IMG/VR virus record: IMGVR_UViG_3300023174_000129
Span: 19,221 to 83,220 of that record
Strand: one strand, 5' to 3'
Origin: a virus
DNA length: 64,000 nucleotides
Position 1 is the first letter of the stretch, and the number at the start of each line of letters is the position of its first letter. This document shows positions 19,744-28,957 of the stretch, one piece after another. The notes beneath the pieces are model-generated. The model searched no databases, had not been told where the DNA came from, and saw nothing but the letters and a program-made list of their open reading frames with translations. Both the position numbers and the translations under genes were made by a program.

Positions 19744-21101
19744 CTAAAATCTATTAATTTTTTATCTTCATCATTAAGATTAAACCATTCAGCAATACTA
19801 TCATTATTCCACATTCTATCAAATGGAACTAATGGAATCCATTTAATTGTTTCAGAACTAACATCTTGACTTACTTTTCGAACCGATAATAAATAATTAG
19901 CAAAATTGGTTTTTAAATAACTCATTATTGATTCTGCTTCTTCTTCCGTATCTGCTATAAAAGAAATATATGTATCATTATAAAATTCACCTGGTTTTGA
20001 TATAAAAATATTGCCAAACCCACTACCAGCTTGTCCATTTGCTCTTGGCGTTAAAACCCTCCATTTAGTAGAATCTTGATTTTTTAAAGATGTTTTATCA
20101 ATCCATTTAATAAATCCTCTTTTTTGTGATACAAAACATTTAACATAATTACTATTTATTTGTGTATCTTCTAATCGAATATCATTAGTATCAATTTTAT
20201 ATAGTGATCTTGGATTAAAAATAGTCTGAATACTTTCCTTATTTAATATTTTTGTTAAAAATTGTAGCGATTCTGTTTTTGAAACAATAACATCTAAATT
20301 AGTTAAATCAATATCAACACCATTGAATAAACAATTGCCATTATAAGCCATAACATACCGAAAATAAGAAACACCACCAGAAATTCTAACATTATTTCCA
20401 AATACTTCTCTTTCATTTTGAAAATGTTTTATATATGATATTTTTTTTGATTGCATCATTTTCTTTCTAAATGCATCAAGTCCTTTACCACCAGCAAACC
20501 ATCTTGATGGTGTAATGAATGATAAAACACCATTAGTATTTAATAATTTAATAGATTCTTCTATAAATAAATTGTAAATAGGTTTAGCAGATGCTTTAGC
20601 ACCACTATCCTTAATTTGATAAGGAGGATTGCCAATTACTCTATCAATTTTATCTATTTTCCATACATTTTTTAAATGCAATCTAAATCCTTTATCTAAA
20701 TAAGAACCTGTAAAATAATTTAATTTATATTCTGATTTTTGATCAACAAAATATAGGTATGAAAACATATTCATCGGTTGAATCTCACACACATATATCA
20801 TATTTTCAACTATCCATTTATATCTTACCACTTCATCTTGGAATCCTTCAATATCTTTTAAACCAATTAAAAGTTTTTTAATTAAAGTTAAAGTATAATT
20901 TCCAATACCATTGGCTGGGTCAAGCCATTTAAGATTTGGATTTTTAAAATCTTCTTCTAAAAAACAATTATCTAATTCTTCTTCAATTAACCAAATAGGA
21001 GTAAATACTTCTGCATATTTTATTTTAGATGCTTCATCAATATCTAAATATGGTGTTGCCATATGTTGTAAAATTGCATCTATACGATTATAAATTGTCA
21101 T
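19740..21101 (-). CDS. Eco57I-like N6-adenine DNA methyltransferase
   Basis: EVFTP, LDPANGIGNY, IGNPPYQ, ITPSRWFAGGKGL. Confidence 0.9.
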   Translation of the reverse strand: MTIYNRIDAILQHMATPYLDIDEASKIKYAEVFTPIWLIEEELDNCFLEEDFKNPNLKWLDPANGIGNYTLTLIKKLLIGLKDIEGFQDEVVRYKWIVENMIYVCEIQPMNMFSYLYFVDQKSEYKLNYFTGSYLDKGFRLHLKNVWKIDKIDRVIGNPPYQIKDSGAKASAKPIYNLFIEESIKLLNTNGVLSFITPSRWFAGGKGLDAFRKKMMQSKKISYIKHFQNEREVFGNNVRISGGVSYFRYVMAYNGNCLFNGVDIDLTNLDVIVSKTESLQFLTKILNKESIQTIFNPRSLYKIDTNDIRLEDTQINSNYVKCFVSQKRGFIKWIDKTSLKNQDSTKWRVLTPRANGQAGSGFGNIFISKPGEFYNDTYISFIADTEEEAESIMSYLKTNFANYLLSVRKVSQDVSSETIKWIPLVPFDRMWNNDSIAEWFNLNDEDKKLIDFR

Positions 21102-21642
21102 ATTTAATAATTGCTTTTGTTAATCTTGGTTCGGCAAGGCCTGTTCCGAATACCCATTCTATATTTTTATATGTTCTTGTTCCGTATGAACCTAATTCAA
21201 TTCCTGATAAACTTTCTATATCATATAATTCATCTGCTAATTCAATAGTTCTTGTTTCAATAAACTCTTCAAAAAATAGTTTAGCACATTTTATCATCTT
21301 ATTTAAACCATTTATATTTGGTTCCAAAGTATCTATTAATTCAACTTTCATAAAATAATTTGAATGTAAATCATCAACTATTTCATCACGAAAACAAGGT
21401 GTTATACCACAATATTTACCAATAGGTAATTTATTATCTTTTATCATTTGTAAAAATGATTGTTCACCGGATGCTACTAATGCTTTATCGTATATAAAAA
21501 AATCCTTTTTATCTAAAGGTTTTGTTATAATAGTTGTTGTTTTATCAACTGTCCAATCTAAATCAATATACTTATATCCATTTGCATTGTAATAAGTAAT
21601 TGCTGACATTAATCTTTGCCAATTTATTTTACCTTCTTCCAT
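21088..21642 (-). CDS. Minimal class II aaRS-like catalytic domain protein
   Basis: LVASGEQSF, motif 2 PCFRDE, FMKVEL, ELGSYG, motif 3 GTGLAEPRL; only 184 aa. Confidence 0.75.
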   Translation of the reverse strand: MEEGKINWQRLMSAITYYNANGYKYIDLDWTVDKTTTIITKPLDKKDFFIYDKALVASGEQSFLQMIKDNKLPIGKYCGITPCFRDEIVDDLHSNYFMKVELIDTLEPNINGLNKMIKCAKLFFEEFIETRTIELADELYDIESLSGIELGSYGTRTYKNIEWVFGTGLAEPRLTKAIIKYDNL

Positions 21643-21877
21643 TTTTAAATGCTCTTTTGGTTATATCTGAAAATGTTTTTAAATCTTCCATATTTATATT
21701 TTGATTTATGCAATATTCTTCAATTGCGCCATATAAATCAGATAATTCAACCATTATTAATATTTTTGATTTTTGTCCTTCAGCATCTTTTAATTCATCT
21801 AATTCTTCTTGAATTTTAGAAATTGTTCCAAGTTTACCCTTCTGTATATCCGATATATGATAACCTATGATACTCAT
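21629..21877 (-). CDS. MazG/HisE-like all-alpha NTP pyrophosphohydrolase
   Basis: KIQEELDEL...VELSDL acidic motif pattern. Confidence 0.65.
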   Translation of the reverse strand: MSIIGYHISDIQKGKLGTISKIQEELDELKDAEGQKSKILIMVELSDLYGAIEEYCINQNINMEDLKTFSDITKRAFKNGRR

Positions 21878-22314
21878 ATATTAAAGTTAATTTTATCAAT
21901 TCTTTTTTGATGTCTTCCGCCTTCAAATTCAGTTTCTAAAAAAACTTCAACTATATTTAAAGCTTCTTCTGTTGTTATAAACCTTGCTGGTAAGCATAAA
22001 ACATTTGCATCATTATGTTGTTTTGCTAAAATAGCTATCTCGGCTTTCCAACACAAAGCGGCTCTTACTCCTCGCCATTTATTTGCTGTCATACAAATAC
22101 CATTTCCAGTTCCGCATATTAAAATTGATAAATCAGTTTCACCTGATGTTAATGATTCCATAACTCTATGTGCATAATCTGGGTAATCAACAGATTCTCC
22201 TGTATCTGTTCCAAAATTAATTACTCCATATCCTTGTTCAGTTAACATATTAACTATTGCTGTTTTTAATTCTGGTCCAGCATGATCGTTTCCAATTGAG
22301 ATTTTTAGCGACAT
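21874..22314 (-). CDS. rpiB: Ribose-5-phosphate isomerase B
   Basis: GNDHAG, DYPDYA, CGTGNG, HNDANVL, FEGGRHQKRIDKI. Confidence 0.95.
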   Translation of the reverse strand: MSLKISIGNDHAGPELKTAIVNMLTEQGYGVINFGTDTGESVDYPDYAHRVMESLTSGETDLSILICGTGNGICMTANKWRGVRAALCWKAEIAILAKQHNDANVLCLPARFITTEEALNIVEVFLETEFEGGRHQKRIDKINFNI

Positions 22315-22319
22315 TTTTA

Positions 22320-23264
22320 TTAATTTAATTTTTCTCCTGTTTCTGGATTATAGTTTAAAATAAGTAATTCTTTACCTTTTGCTTGCTCACCTTTATCAGA
22401 TGCATTATTTCCACCATGTGCTGAACTTCTAAATACTTCTTTTTCAAACCACATATATTTATCTTTTGGTAATAATTCCTCTAATAATGGGAAATAATAA
22501 TATGATAAAGACCATCTTGCTTTAGATTTCTTAATTAATTCTAACAATCTTCTATGTGAAGCGGGTCCAAAAACACCATCAGAATCAGCACCATACCAAA
22601 ATAATCTTTTAGCATCATCTTCGCCATTTTCATCTGGTCTAAAATATGGTGGATCTAAATAAATATAAGTATCTTCTGCATCATATTTTAAAATTAATTC
22701 CTCAAAATCAATATTTAAAAACTCTGTAATCGATTGTAATTTAGCTGTATATGTATTCTTTTTTAATTTTTTAATTAAAGTTTCTAATTTAAGTGTATCT
22801 TTATCTTTTTTATACCCATTAAAACCAGCTCCTCTTGGATAAACCGAATTGTGAGCAGAAGTAATTAAAAATGCATACATAGATGCTCGCTTAAAATCAC
22901 CTATCTCAAAATCCATATTATCTAAAAAATCATTTTTAATATATTCTTTATAAATTGCTTTATAGAATTCCCATTTTTCTAATGGATCTGTTAAATCAGT
23001 TTTTAATTTTATTTCTATAAACTTTTCTAAAATTGGAATAAACTGTTCTGGTTGAGAACAACATTTATATAAATTAACTTGATGTTTATTTTTATCATTA
23101 TAAATAACCGTTTCGAAATTTAAGTTAGGATCATCCATATAAGTTCCCATACTTCCTGAAAAAGGTTCTAAATAAGTTTTAATACCATCTTTTGGTATTT
23201 TTGTGTTTATAAAGTCTTGGAAAGCCTTGCTTGACTTACCACCAAAATAAGAAATGCAACTCAT
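22320..23264 (-). CDS. Dam-family (D12 class) DNA adenine methyltransferase
   Basis: YFGGKS, YLEPFSGS, VIYND, YLDPPY. Confidence 0.9.
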   Translation of the reverse strand: MSCISYFGGKSSKAFQDFINTKIPKDGIKTYLEPFSGSMGTYMDDPNLNFETVIYNDKNKHQVNLYKCCSQPEQFIPILEKFIEIKLKTDLTDPLEKWEFYKAIYKEYIKNDFLDNMDFEIGDFKRASMYAFLITSAHNSVYPRGAGFNGYKKDKDTLKLETLIKKLKKNTYTAKLQSITEFLNIDFEELILKYDAEDTYIYLDPPYFRPDENGEDDAKRLFWYGADSDGVFGPASHRRLLELIKKSKARWSLSYYYFPLLEELLPKDKYMWFEKEVFRSSAHGGNNASDKGEQAKGKELLILNYNPETGEKLN

Positions 23265-23358
23265 TTTTTTCTGTATTTATTTTTATTATAATTATAATTA
23301 TACATGTAATAAAAGTTGTTTTTTAAGAAATAATTTCATATTTTTGTACTAAAAAATA

Positions 23359-23883
23359 ATGCATAATAGAATTGTATTAACAGGTGGGCCAGGAACAGGT
23401 AAGAGTTCCATAATTGATTTACTTTCAGAAAAAGGTTTTAATATTATACCGGAACCAGCAAGAACTTTGATTGAATTTTACAAAAAAAATTCGCCACATT
23501 TACTTCCAAAACTATCTAAAGAAAATAGATTGCTTTTTCAAAAAGCAATAGAAGATATGACTATTCAAAATTTTCATTCTAATATAGAAGGGTTTTTTGA
23601 TAGATCTATATTAGATGAAATTGGATATAGAAATAGGTATGAAATTGAAATAAATAAAGAGTTGGACTATGCCGCTAAAACATATCGTTATAATAAAGTA
23701 TTTATATTTCCATTTTGGAAAGAAATATACAAAACCGATGATGTTAGGCGCGAAACAACAGAAGAAGCAGAATTAATTGGTAAATTTTTACATACTACAT
23801 ATGTTAGTTATGGTTATACACCAATTATAGTGCCAAAATTCACACCAGAAAAAAGACTTGAATTTATCTTAAATAATATATAA
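23359..23883 (+). CDS. NadR/Ttd14-like AAA_28 ATPase
   Basis: IVLTGGPGTGKS, EPAR, FFDRS, W.EIYKTD..R.E; TTG-N20-TATTTTTG promoter upstream. Confidence 0.85.
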   Translation: MHNRIVLTGGPGTGKSSIIDLLSEKGFNIIPEPARTLIEFYKKNSPHLLPKLSKENRLLFQKAIEDMTIQNFHSNIEGFFDRSILDEIGYRNRYEIEINKELDYAAKTYRYNKVFIFPFWKEIYKTDDVRRETTEEAELIGKFLHTTYVSYGYTPIIVPKFTPEKRLEFILNNI

Positions 23884-23911
23884 GTAATAAAAACCATCAA
23901 ATGGTGGTTTT

Positions 23912-24194
23912 TTATTTTAATATAATATCATTTATTATTGATAAATAATCGGGATTTATTATGTAATCAAATTGTTTTGGTTGTCCTTTTGGCGCACCTC
24001 TCATACCAGTTGGTAATAAAATTAAATTATCGTCAAATCCACTATTTCTAAATTTTCTATTTATTTCCATAACAAAATTATCACGATATAATTTTTCTTT
24101 TTTTGGTTCTAACGGTAATTCGATAAATTCACCTAACAAAAATGTTGTAAAATCTTTATTATTAATTTTATTATCGTTTGTCAGAATTAATTTA
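23912..24194 (-). pseudogene. 3' fragment of a gene interrupted by the IS1595 transposon
   Basis: Joins in frame with 28958..29432 when the element and one TSD copy are removed; the ATG of the track ORF lies inside the TIR. Confidence 0.85.
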
Positions 24195-24269
24195 GGCACT
24201 AACATACAACTTTACACCAAATAGATAATTTTGAAAAAAAAACTTTTTCATTTTTTCTTCTATAATAAG

Positions 24270-24410
24270 AAGAGAGGCAGCCTGAACGTGATGTATGTTT
24301 CTGGCATAAAACGATTTCAACCAATATTATTATTTAGGGACGGACTGGCCGGATAACCTAAAATTTCAGTTTTATTTTTTCGTCATCAACGGGTACTGCC
24401 TCGCTTTTTT
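24270..24410 (+). ncRNA. Candidate structured non-coding RNA
   Basis: GC-richer intergenic stretch; GAGGCAG (24274-80) pairs with CTGCCTC (24396-402), extended by CCTG/CGGG and GTGATG/CGTCAT; internal hairpin TTTAGG...CCTAAA; AAAC-N17-TATAAT upstream and a T-run downstream. Confidence 0.55.
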
Positions 24411-24639
24411 ATACCAAAATATCTTTTATTTCAATCTCCAATCCTTTACATACTTCCAAAAGATATACATAAGAAGGATTAAATCCTCCTTTTTCTAATC
24501 TTTGAATTGATTGCCTGTCTTTACCTATTTTATCTGCCACTTCTTGAAGTGATAAACATTTATCGTGCCTAATCTTCCTTATCTTTTCTCCTAATTTAAT
24601 TAGTTCTTCTTTTTGTTCATTATTTATAGGTTGTGGCAT
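24409..24639 (-). CDS. XRE-family HTH regulator
   Basis: LGEKIRKIR..KCLSLQEVADKIG.DRQSIQRLEKG..NPS. Confidence 0.9.
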   Translation of the reverse strand: MPQPINNEQKEELIKLGEKIRKIRHDKCLSLQEVADKIGKDRQSIQRLEKGGFNPSYVYLLEVCKGLEIEIKDILV

Positions 24640-24738
24640 GCGCCAATTTTAGAAGAACTTTAACTTTTCTTTGACATCCGTAAGATTGACAAATCAAAAT
24701 GTTTTGTTTAATTTTGCTAAATTCTGATTATTTTAAAA

Positions 24739-25551
24739 ATGCATAAATACGAAGTTCGGTTTAAATACAACAATAAAAGCGGTGGTTGCACTTCGAAAAC
24801 TGCTGTGATCACATTTCCTAAAAGGGTATATTCTTTTTCCGAAGTATATGGAAATGACGGAAAGGGTAATAATGAAATTTTGACTAAAGCTGTAAATGAA
24901 CTTGGATTAAATCCAGATATGGTTGAAGCTATTTCTGATAGAAACAAACTTGATGGTAGTTGGTATAATTTAAAATATTTAGGAGAAGAAAGTGATATTA
25001 ATAATAGTTCATATAATGATTCTAATCAAAGTACAAACTATAATATTGGTTCTGGAATAGGAAATGCTGCGTCGGGAATAGGCGATGGTATTAGTAGTGT
25101 ATTAGGATCATTAGGCACAGGCGCTAGCAAGGCGATTTCTTATTTAGAAGCTGATAAATTAAAACGAGAAGAAAAAGATAGAGAAATAGAAGAATCTATA
25201 AATGTTCAAAATAATGAAATAATAAATTTTACTTTTAGTAATTCAAAAGAAAGCATAGTAAGAGAAATGAGTAAATTACTATCAATGTATAATTCTACTC
25301 CTTTGTCTAATTATTCAACAAAATCTACAATATATTCAAAAATAAATGAAGGAATTATATTACTTAAAGGGCTTAATGCATCAGTAGAAGTGGAACATTT
25401 TGAAGCAGAACAAAAAAAGATAAAACCTAATAAATTATTTGAAGTTTTTTTCTCTATAAAAAGAGAATATAGATTGGCAATTATTTTTTTGAGTTTTTCC
25501 TTTATTTTTCTAATTATCATAAAAGTTTTAGAGTATATCAGACTGCATTAA
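24739..25551 (+). CDS. Hypothetical protein with C-terminal transmembrane helix (transposon cargo)
   Basis: 270 aa; Gly/Ser-rich middle; hydrophobic LAIIFLSFSFIFLIII; TTG-N20-TAATTTTG promoter upstream. Confidence 0.75.
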   Translation: MHKYEVRFKYNNKSGGCTSKTAVITFPKRVYSFSEVYGNDGKGNNEILTKAVNELGLNPDMVEAISDRNKLDGSWYNLKYLGEESDINNSSYNDSNQSTNYNIGSGIGNAASGIGDGISSVLGSLGTGASKAISYLEADKLKREEKDREIEESINVQNNEIINFTFSNSKESIVREMSKLLSMYNSTPLSNYSTKSTIYSKINEGIILLKGLNASVEVEHFEAEQKKIKPNKLFEVFFSIKREYRLAIIFLSFSFIFLIIIKVLEYIRLH

Positions 25552-25629
25552 ATAAAAAGGTTTTATATCTGAATTATTTTCTGCAACAACTATAAGTTTT
25601 TTGTTTTTTAACTTTCAAAATCAATTTTT

Positions 25630-25764
25630 ATGTCGTATCAATGTCAAAAATGTGGCACCACATCATATAGTGGTCCAAATGGTATTCAACGTAACTGTTC
25701 ATCTGGTGGAAAATGCGTGTGGGTAAAAATTTCAAGATTTGTAAAACACATTTTATCTTGGTAA
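25630..25764 (+). CDS. Small Cys-rich protein, 44 aa (not in ORF track)
   Basis: MSYQCQKCGTTSYSGPNGIQRNCSSGGKCVWVKISRFVKHILSW, followed by a terminator hairpin at about 25765-25798. Confidence 0.55.
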   Translation: MSYQCQKCGTTSYSGPNGIQRNCSSGGKCVWVKISRFVKHILSW

Positions 25765-25838
25765 AAAACAAACCGATATAACTATATCGGTTTGTTTTAA
25801 ATTTTACAACAAAATATAATTTTCATACTATATGTAGT

Positions 25839-26249
25839 ATGAAAATTATTAAAAAACTTTTGTTGAAATTTGCTTTATTTATTCTAAAAATAATTGGTAT
25901 GCCATATTCTATAAATCAAATAGAAAATCTTAAAAAACTATTAGAAACATCACTTTTTAAACATTTAGGAGTTAATTTAAGTGTTAAAACAATTTCATAC
26001 AATCCAGATGATACAAGAAATAGTATTACCAAAATTGTTTTTGAAGTTACATTTTCGGATAATAATAAAATGGAAATTAGTATTGAATTTGATATAGAAA
26101 ATAATTTAGTTAATGTAAGTTATATAAATAGCACAATATACGATATACATTTATTAGCAAGTATATTACAGGCAATATCTCTAAATATAAGAATGTATGA
26201 AAAAGAAATTATCAATTCATTTTTACAACTTATTCCAAAACAAGTTTAA
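25839..26249 (+). CDS. Hypothetical protein (transposon cargo)
   Basis: 136-aa ORF with a phage-type AAC-N-TATA element upstream. Confidence 0.65.
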   Translation: MKIIKKLLLKFALFILKIIGMPYSINQIENLKKLLETSLFKHLGVNLSVKTISYNPDDTRNSITKIVFEVTFSDNNKMEISIEFDIENNLVNVSYINSTIYDIHLLASILQAISLNIRMYEKEIINSFLQLIPKQV

Positions 26250-26275
26250 TAATAATGTGAAGATAAAATACTATC

Positions 26276-26653
26276 TCATTTATAGGTAAATACATCGCCT
26301 GCAATCTTAAACTCTCCTAACATAATTATATCAAGACCGATTATTACATCGCAGTCCGTTCTTGAAACCGGAATAAGTGGTGATTCGACTCCAAAAGGTT
26401 TTATTTTATCTGATAAGAAAATTGCACAGTAATAAATACCAGTTTCTAAAAATTGACTTTGTATATTACCTATTTTTATCTTTTCGCCGGTTAAATCAAG
26501 TTGAAGTTCCTTAACTACTTTTTCCGATATTAAAGTTCTTGAAGAACCAGTGTCCCAAACCGCAACATATTCAATAGCCGAATATGGATTATTTGGTTTA
26601 TATACCCAAACATTGCTTCTTATTTTATCTCCTATTATTTTTTCATTTACCAT
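26276..26653 (-). CDS. Retropepsin-like aspartyl protease (transposon cargo)
   Basis: AVWDTGSSRTLIS and DVIIGLDII motifs. Confidence 0.85.
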   Translation of the reverse strand: MVNEKIIGDKIRSNVWVYKPNNPYSAIEYVAVWDTGSSRTLISEKVVKELQLDLTGEKIKIGNIQSQFLETGIYYCAIFLSDKIKPFGVESPLIPVSRTDCDVIIGLDIIMLGEFKIAGDVFTYK

Positions 26654-26661
26654 TTTAAAAT

Positions 26662-26946
26662 TTATAGATTCTGTATTTCAATATTATCATAATAAATAAT
26701 TTTACTATTTGTTAAAGGTTTAACTATTATCAAACCTTTCTCGGCTGTCTGTGCTATTATTTTTCGATTTTCATTAAGGTTTTCTTCTCTTGTTAGTTCT
26801 TGTTTTGTCAAATCAAGACCTATAATTTGTGCGTTTTTTATTTGCTCTGATGTTAGATTAGAATTGTCAACAATGAAATTTTTATCTATATTATGTTTAT
26901 CTTCGTAAACGGGCGAAAATTGGTTATATGTTATTAAATGTTTCAT
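26662..26946 (-). CDS. Hypothetical protein with CTS-like leader (transposon cargo)
   Basis: MKHLITYNQFSPVYE; TAATATATA 4 nt upstream. Confidence 0.65.
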   Translation of the reverse strand: MKHLITYNQFSPVYEDKHNIDKNFIVDNSNLTSEQIKNAQIIGLDLTKQELTREENLNENRKIIAQTAEKGLIIVKPLTNSKIIYYDNIEIQNL

Positions 26947-27062
26947 ATTCTATATATTATATTTGCAAATAGGATTAGAGTTGTATAAGTGCCTAAACAT
27001 TTTGTGGATAATTTTTTTTTAAAATCCTTGTTTTAGTGTAAAGTTCTTCTTATCTTTACACT

Positions 27063-28070
27063 ATGTTAGAATTAAAGCCATTTAGAAGCATTTTAGATTT
27101 ATTAAGACAATTTCCTGACGAACAAACCTGTATTAATCACCTACAAACATTACGCTGGAACGATAATGTTATTTCTCCATTTGATTCAACCTCCAAAATC
27201 TATAAATGCTCCAATAATAAATATAAGTGTAAAAATACTGGTAAATATTTCAATGTTTTAACTAATACTATTTTTGAAAACACTAAAATACCTTTACAAA
27301 CTTGGTTTCTTGCTATTTACCTTTTCACTACACATAATAAAGGTATTAGTAGCTATACATTAGCAACTGAATTAAATATCACTCAAAAATCAAGTTGGTT
27401 CTTGTTGTCAAGAATTAGATATGCTATGGAACATGATAACTTTCTAACTAATTTTGACGGTTCAATAGAACTTGACGAAACTTATATCGGTGGTAAAAAC
27501 AAAAATAGACACAATGATAAAAAAGTAGAAGGTTCACAAGGTAGAAGCGGTGAAGATAAACAACCTGTTTTTGGAATGTTTAAAGATGAAGTTTCTGAAA
27601 TAGTTTATAGACCAAATAAAAACAATAATGAATTAGCGGTAAAAGAAAAAGTAATTATTAATCCTGCTATTGTAAGAGTAGAAGTAGTTAATAATGTAAA
27701 AAGAGAAACAATTTTACCGATTATTAAAAACAAAGTTGTAGATAATTCAATAGTAGTTACTGATGAATATAGAATATATAATCGTTTAAGTGAAAATTAC
27801 GATCATAAAGTAGTTTATCATAAAATAAGTAATTATGTAACAAATGAAGGTTTCACAACTAATAGATTAGAAGGTTTTTGGAATATATTAAAGAAAGCGT
27901 GGACTACAACTTATATGGGTCGTGTAACAGGCAAACATTTACATAGATATTGTAGAGAAACAGAATATAGATTTAATACAAGACATTTAACTGCTTCCGA
28001 GAAATTCAATTTACTATTAGCCGGAACAGAAAAAAGATTAAGATATGTTGATTTGATAAACAACAAATAA
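27063..28070 (+). CDS. IS1595-family (ISXO2-like) DDE transposase
   Basis: FPDEQTC..HL..LRW, FNVLTNTIFENTKIPL..W, KGISS..LA.EL.ITQKSSW, ELDETYIGGK, VTDEY, TNRLEGFW, EYRFN. Confidence 0.95.
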   Translation: MLELKPFRSILDLLRQFPDEQTCINHLQTLRWNDNVISPFDSTSKIYKCSNNKYKCKNTGKYFNVLTNTIFENTKIPLQTWFLAIYLFTTHNKGISSYTLATELNITQKSSWFLLSRIRYAMEHDNFLTNFDGSIELDETYIGGKNKNRHNDKKVEGSQGRSGEDKQPVFGMFKDEVSEIVYRPNKNNNELAVKEKVIINPAIVRVEVVNNVKRETILPIIKNKVVDNSIVVTDEYRIYNRLSENYDHKVVYHKISNYVTNEGFTTNRLEGFWNILKKAWTTTYMGRVTGKHLHRYCRETEYRFNTRHLTASEKFNLLLAGTEKRLRYVDLINNK

Positions 28071-28092
28071 TATTTTCATACTATAAAATAGT

Positions 28093-28338
28093 ATGAAAAA
28101 AATTAGGTATTTTATTAAAAAACTGCTAATGAATATTGATATTGATTTTTACATAAATACTAATAATAATTGGAACTTATTAAAGAGAGATACTTTATTA
28201 AGTATGCCTAATATTGGTGAAAAAGTAACTTTATTTACCGATAATAAAGAAGAAACATTTATTGTAGTTGATGTTGAACATAAATCTGGTAAAAATAATA
28301 TCGTATTATTAAGAAAATCAAAATCACTAATTCCATAA
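28093..28338 (+). CDS. Hypothetical protein (transposon cargo)
   Basis: 81-aa ORF whose upstream region resembles that of 25839. Confidence 0.6.
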   Translation: MKKIRYFIKKLLMNIDIDFYINTNNNWNLLKRDTLLSMPNIGEKVTLFTDNKEETFIVVDVEHKSGKNNIVLLRKSKSLIP

Positions 28339-28340
28339 AT

Positions 28341-28700
28341 ATGCAACATAATATTAGGCGTAATAAGATTATTTTTGATTTATTAAGTCAACAGAAAAAA
28401 AGATTAGATTGGAATATATCAATCAATGATATGTTTAATAGATATATTTTTGAAAACTTGAATATATCAGATAGTAGGGAGATATTGAGTAAAATTAGTG
28501 GTGATATACAACCAAGTATATTAGATAATGATTCGGTATTACTTGAAACATTAAAGTTGATAGGTTTAATGGAATCTTGTGTTACAAAAGTTGAATTGTT
28601 ATTTCTATTAGAAAGAAGGAAGGAAATTAAGTATGGTAAGCCATTAACAGAATTTGATAAAATATTAAAGGCAATAATGACGGTTTCAAATGTAAAATAA
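28341..28700 (+). CDS. Hypothetical protein (transposon cargo)
   Basis: 119-aa ORF in the same run. Confidence 0.6.
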   Translation: MQHNIRRNKIIFDLLSQQKKRLDWNISINDMFNRYIFENLNISDSREILSKISGDIQPSILDNDSVLLETLKLIGLMESCVTKVELLFLLERRKEIKYGKPLTEFDKILKAIMTVSNVK

Positions 28701-28715
28701 ACAACATTTAAGTAT

Positions 28716-28928
28716 ATGGCAAATAAAGTGATAGAACTTGTGAGTTTTTCATCACCACCACACGCTAAACATATTCTTGTAAAGAAAAGTGATGGTGAAT
28801 TACAAATTCATTTATTAGATAAATTTTATAACAACCAAGGTGGTATTGTATTGTCCGAAGCTAATGCTAAGTTGCTAGTTAAAGAATTAATGGACGAACT
28901 ATATGGTGAGTTCGAAATGCCTAAATAA
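28716..28928 (+). CDS. Hypothetical protein (transposon cargo)
   Basis: 70-aa ORF ending 2 nt before the right TIR. Confidence 0.6.
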   Translation: MANKVIELVSFSSPPHAKHILVKKSDGELQIHLLDKFYNNQGGIVLSEANAKLLVKELMDELYGEFEMPK

Positions 28929-28957
28929 TTTTTGGTGTAAAGTTGTAAGTTAGTGCC

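Larger units (their letters stand above)
24195..28957. mobile_element. IS1595-family transposon with passenger genes (4763 bp)
   Basis: 27-bp TIRs at 24195-24221 (GGCACTAACATACAACTTTACACCAAA) and 28931-28957 with one mismatch; 8-bp direct repeat TTAATTTA at 24187-24194 and 28958-28965; transposase inside. Confidence 0.93.

Noticed and set aside
23912-24205. Independent 97-aa gene starting MLVP
   Set aside because: Its start codon lies within the transposon TIR; it is the 3' half of the interrupted gene.
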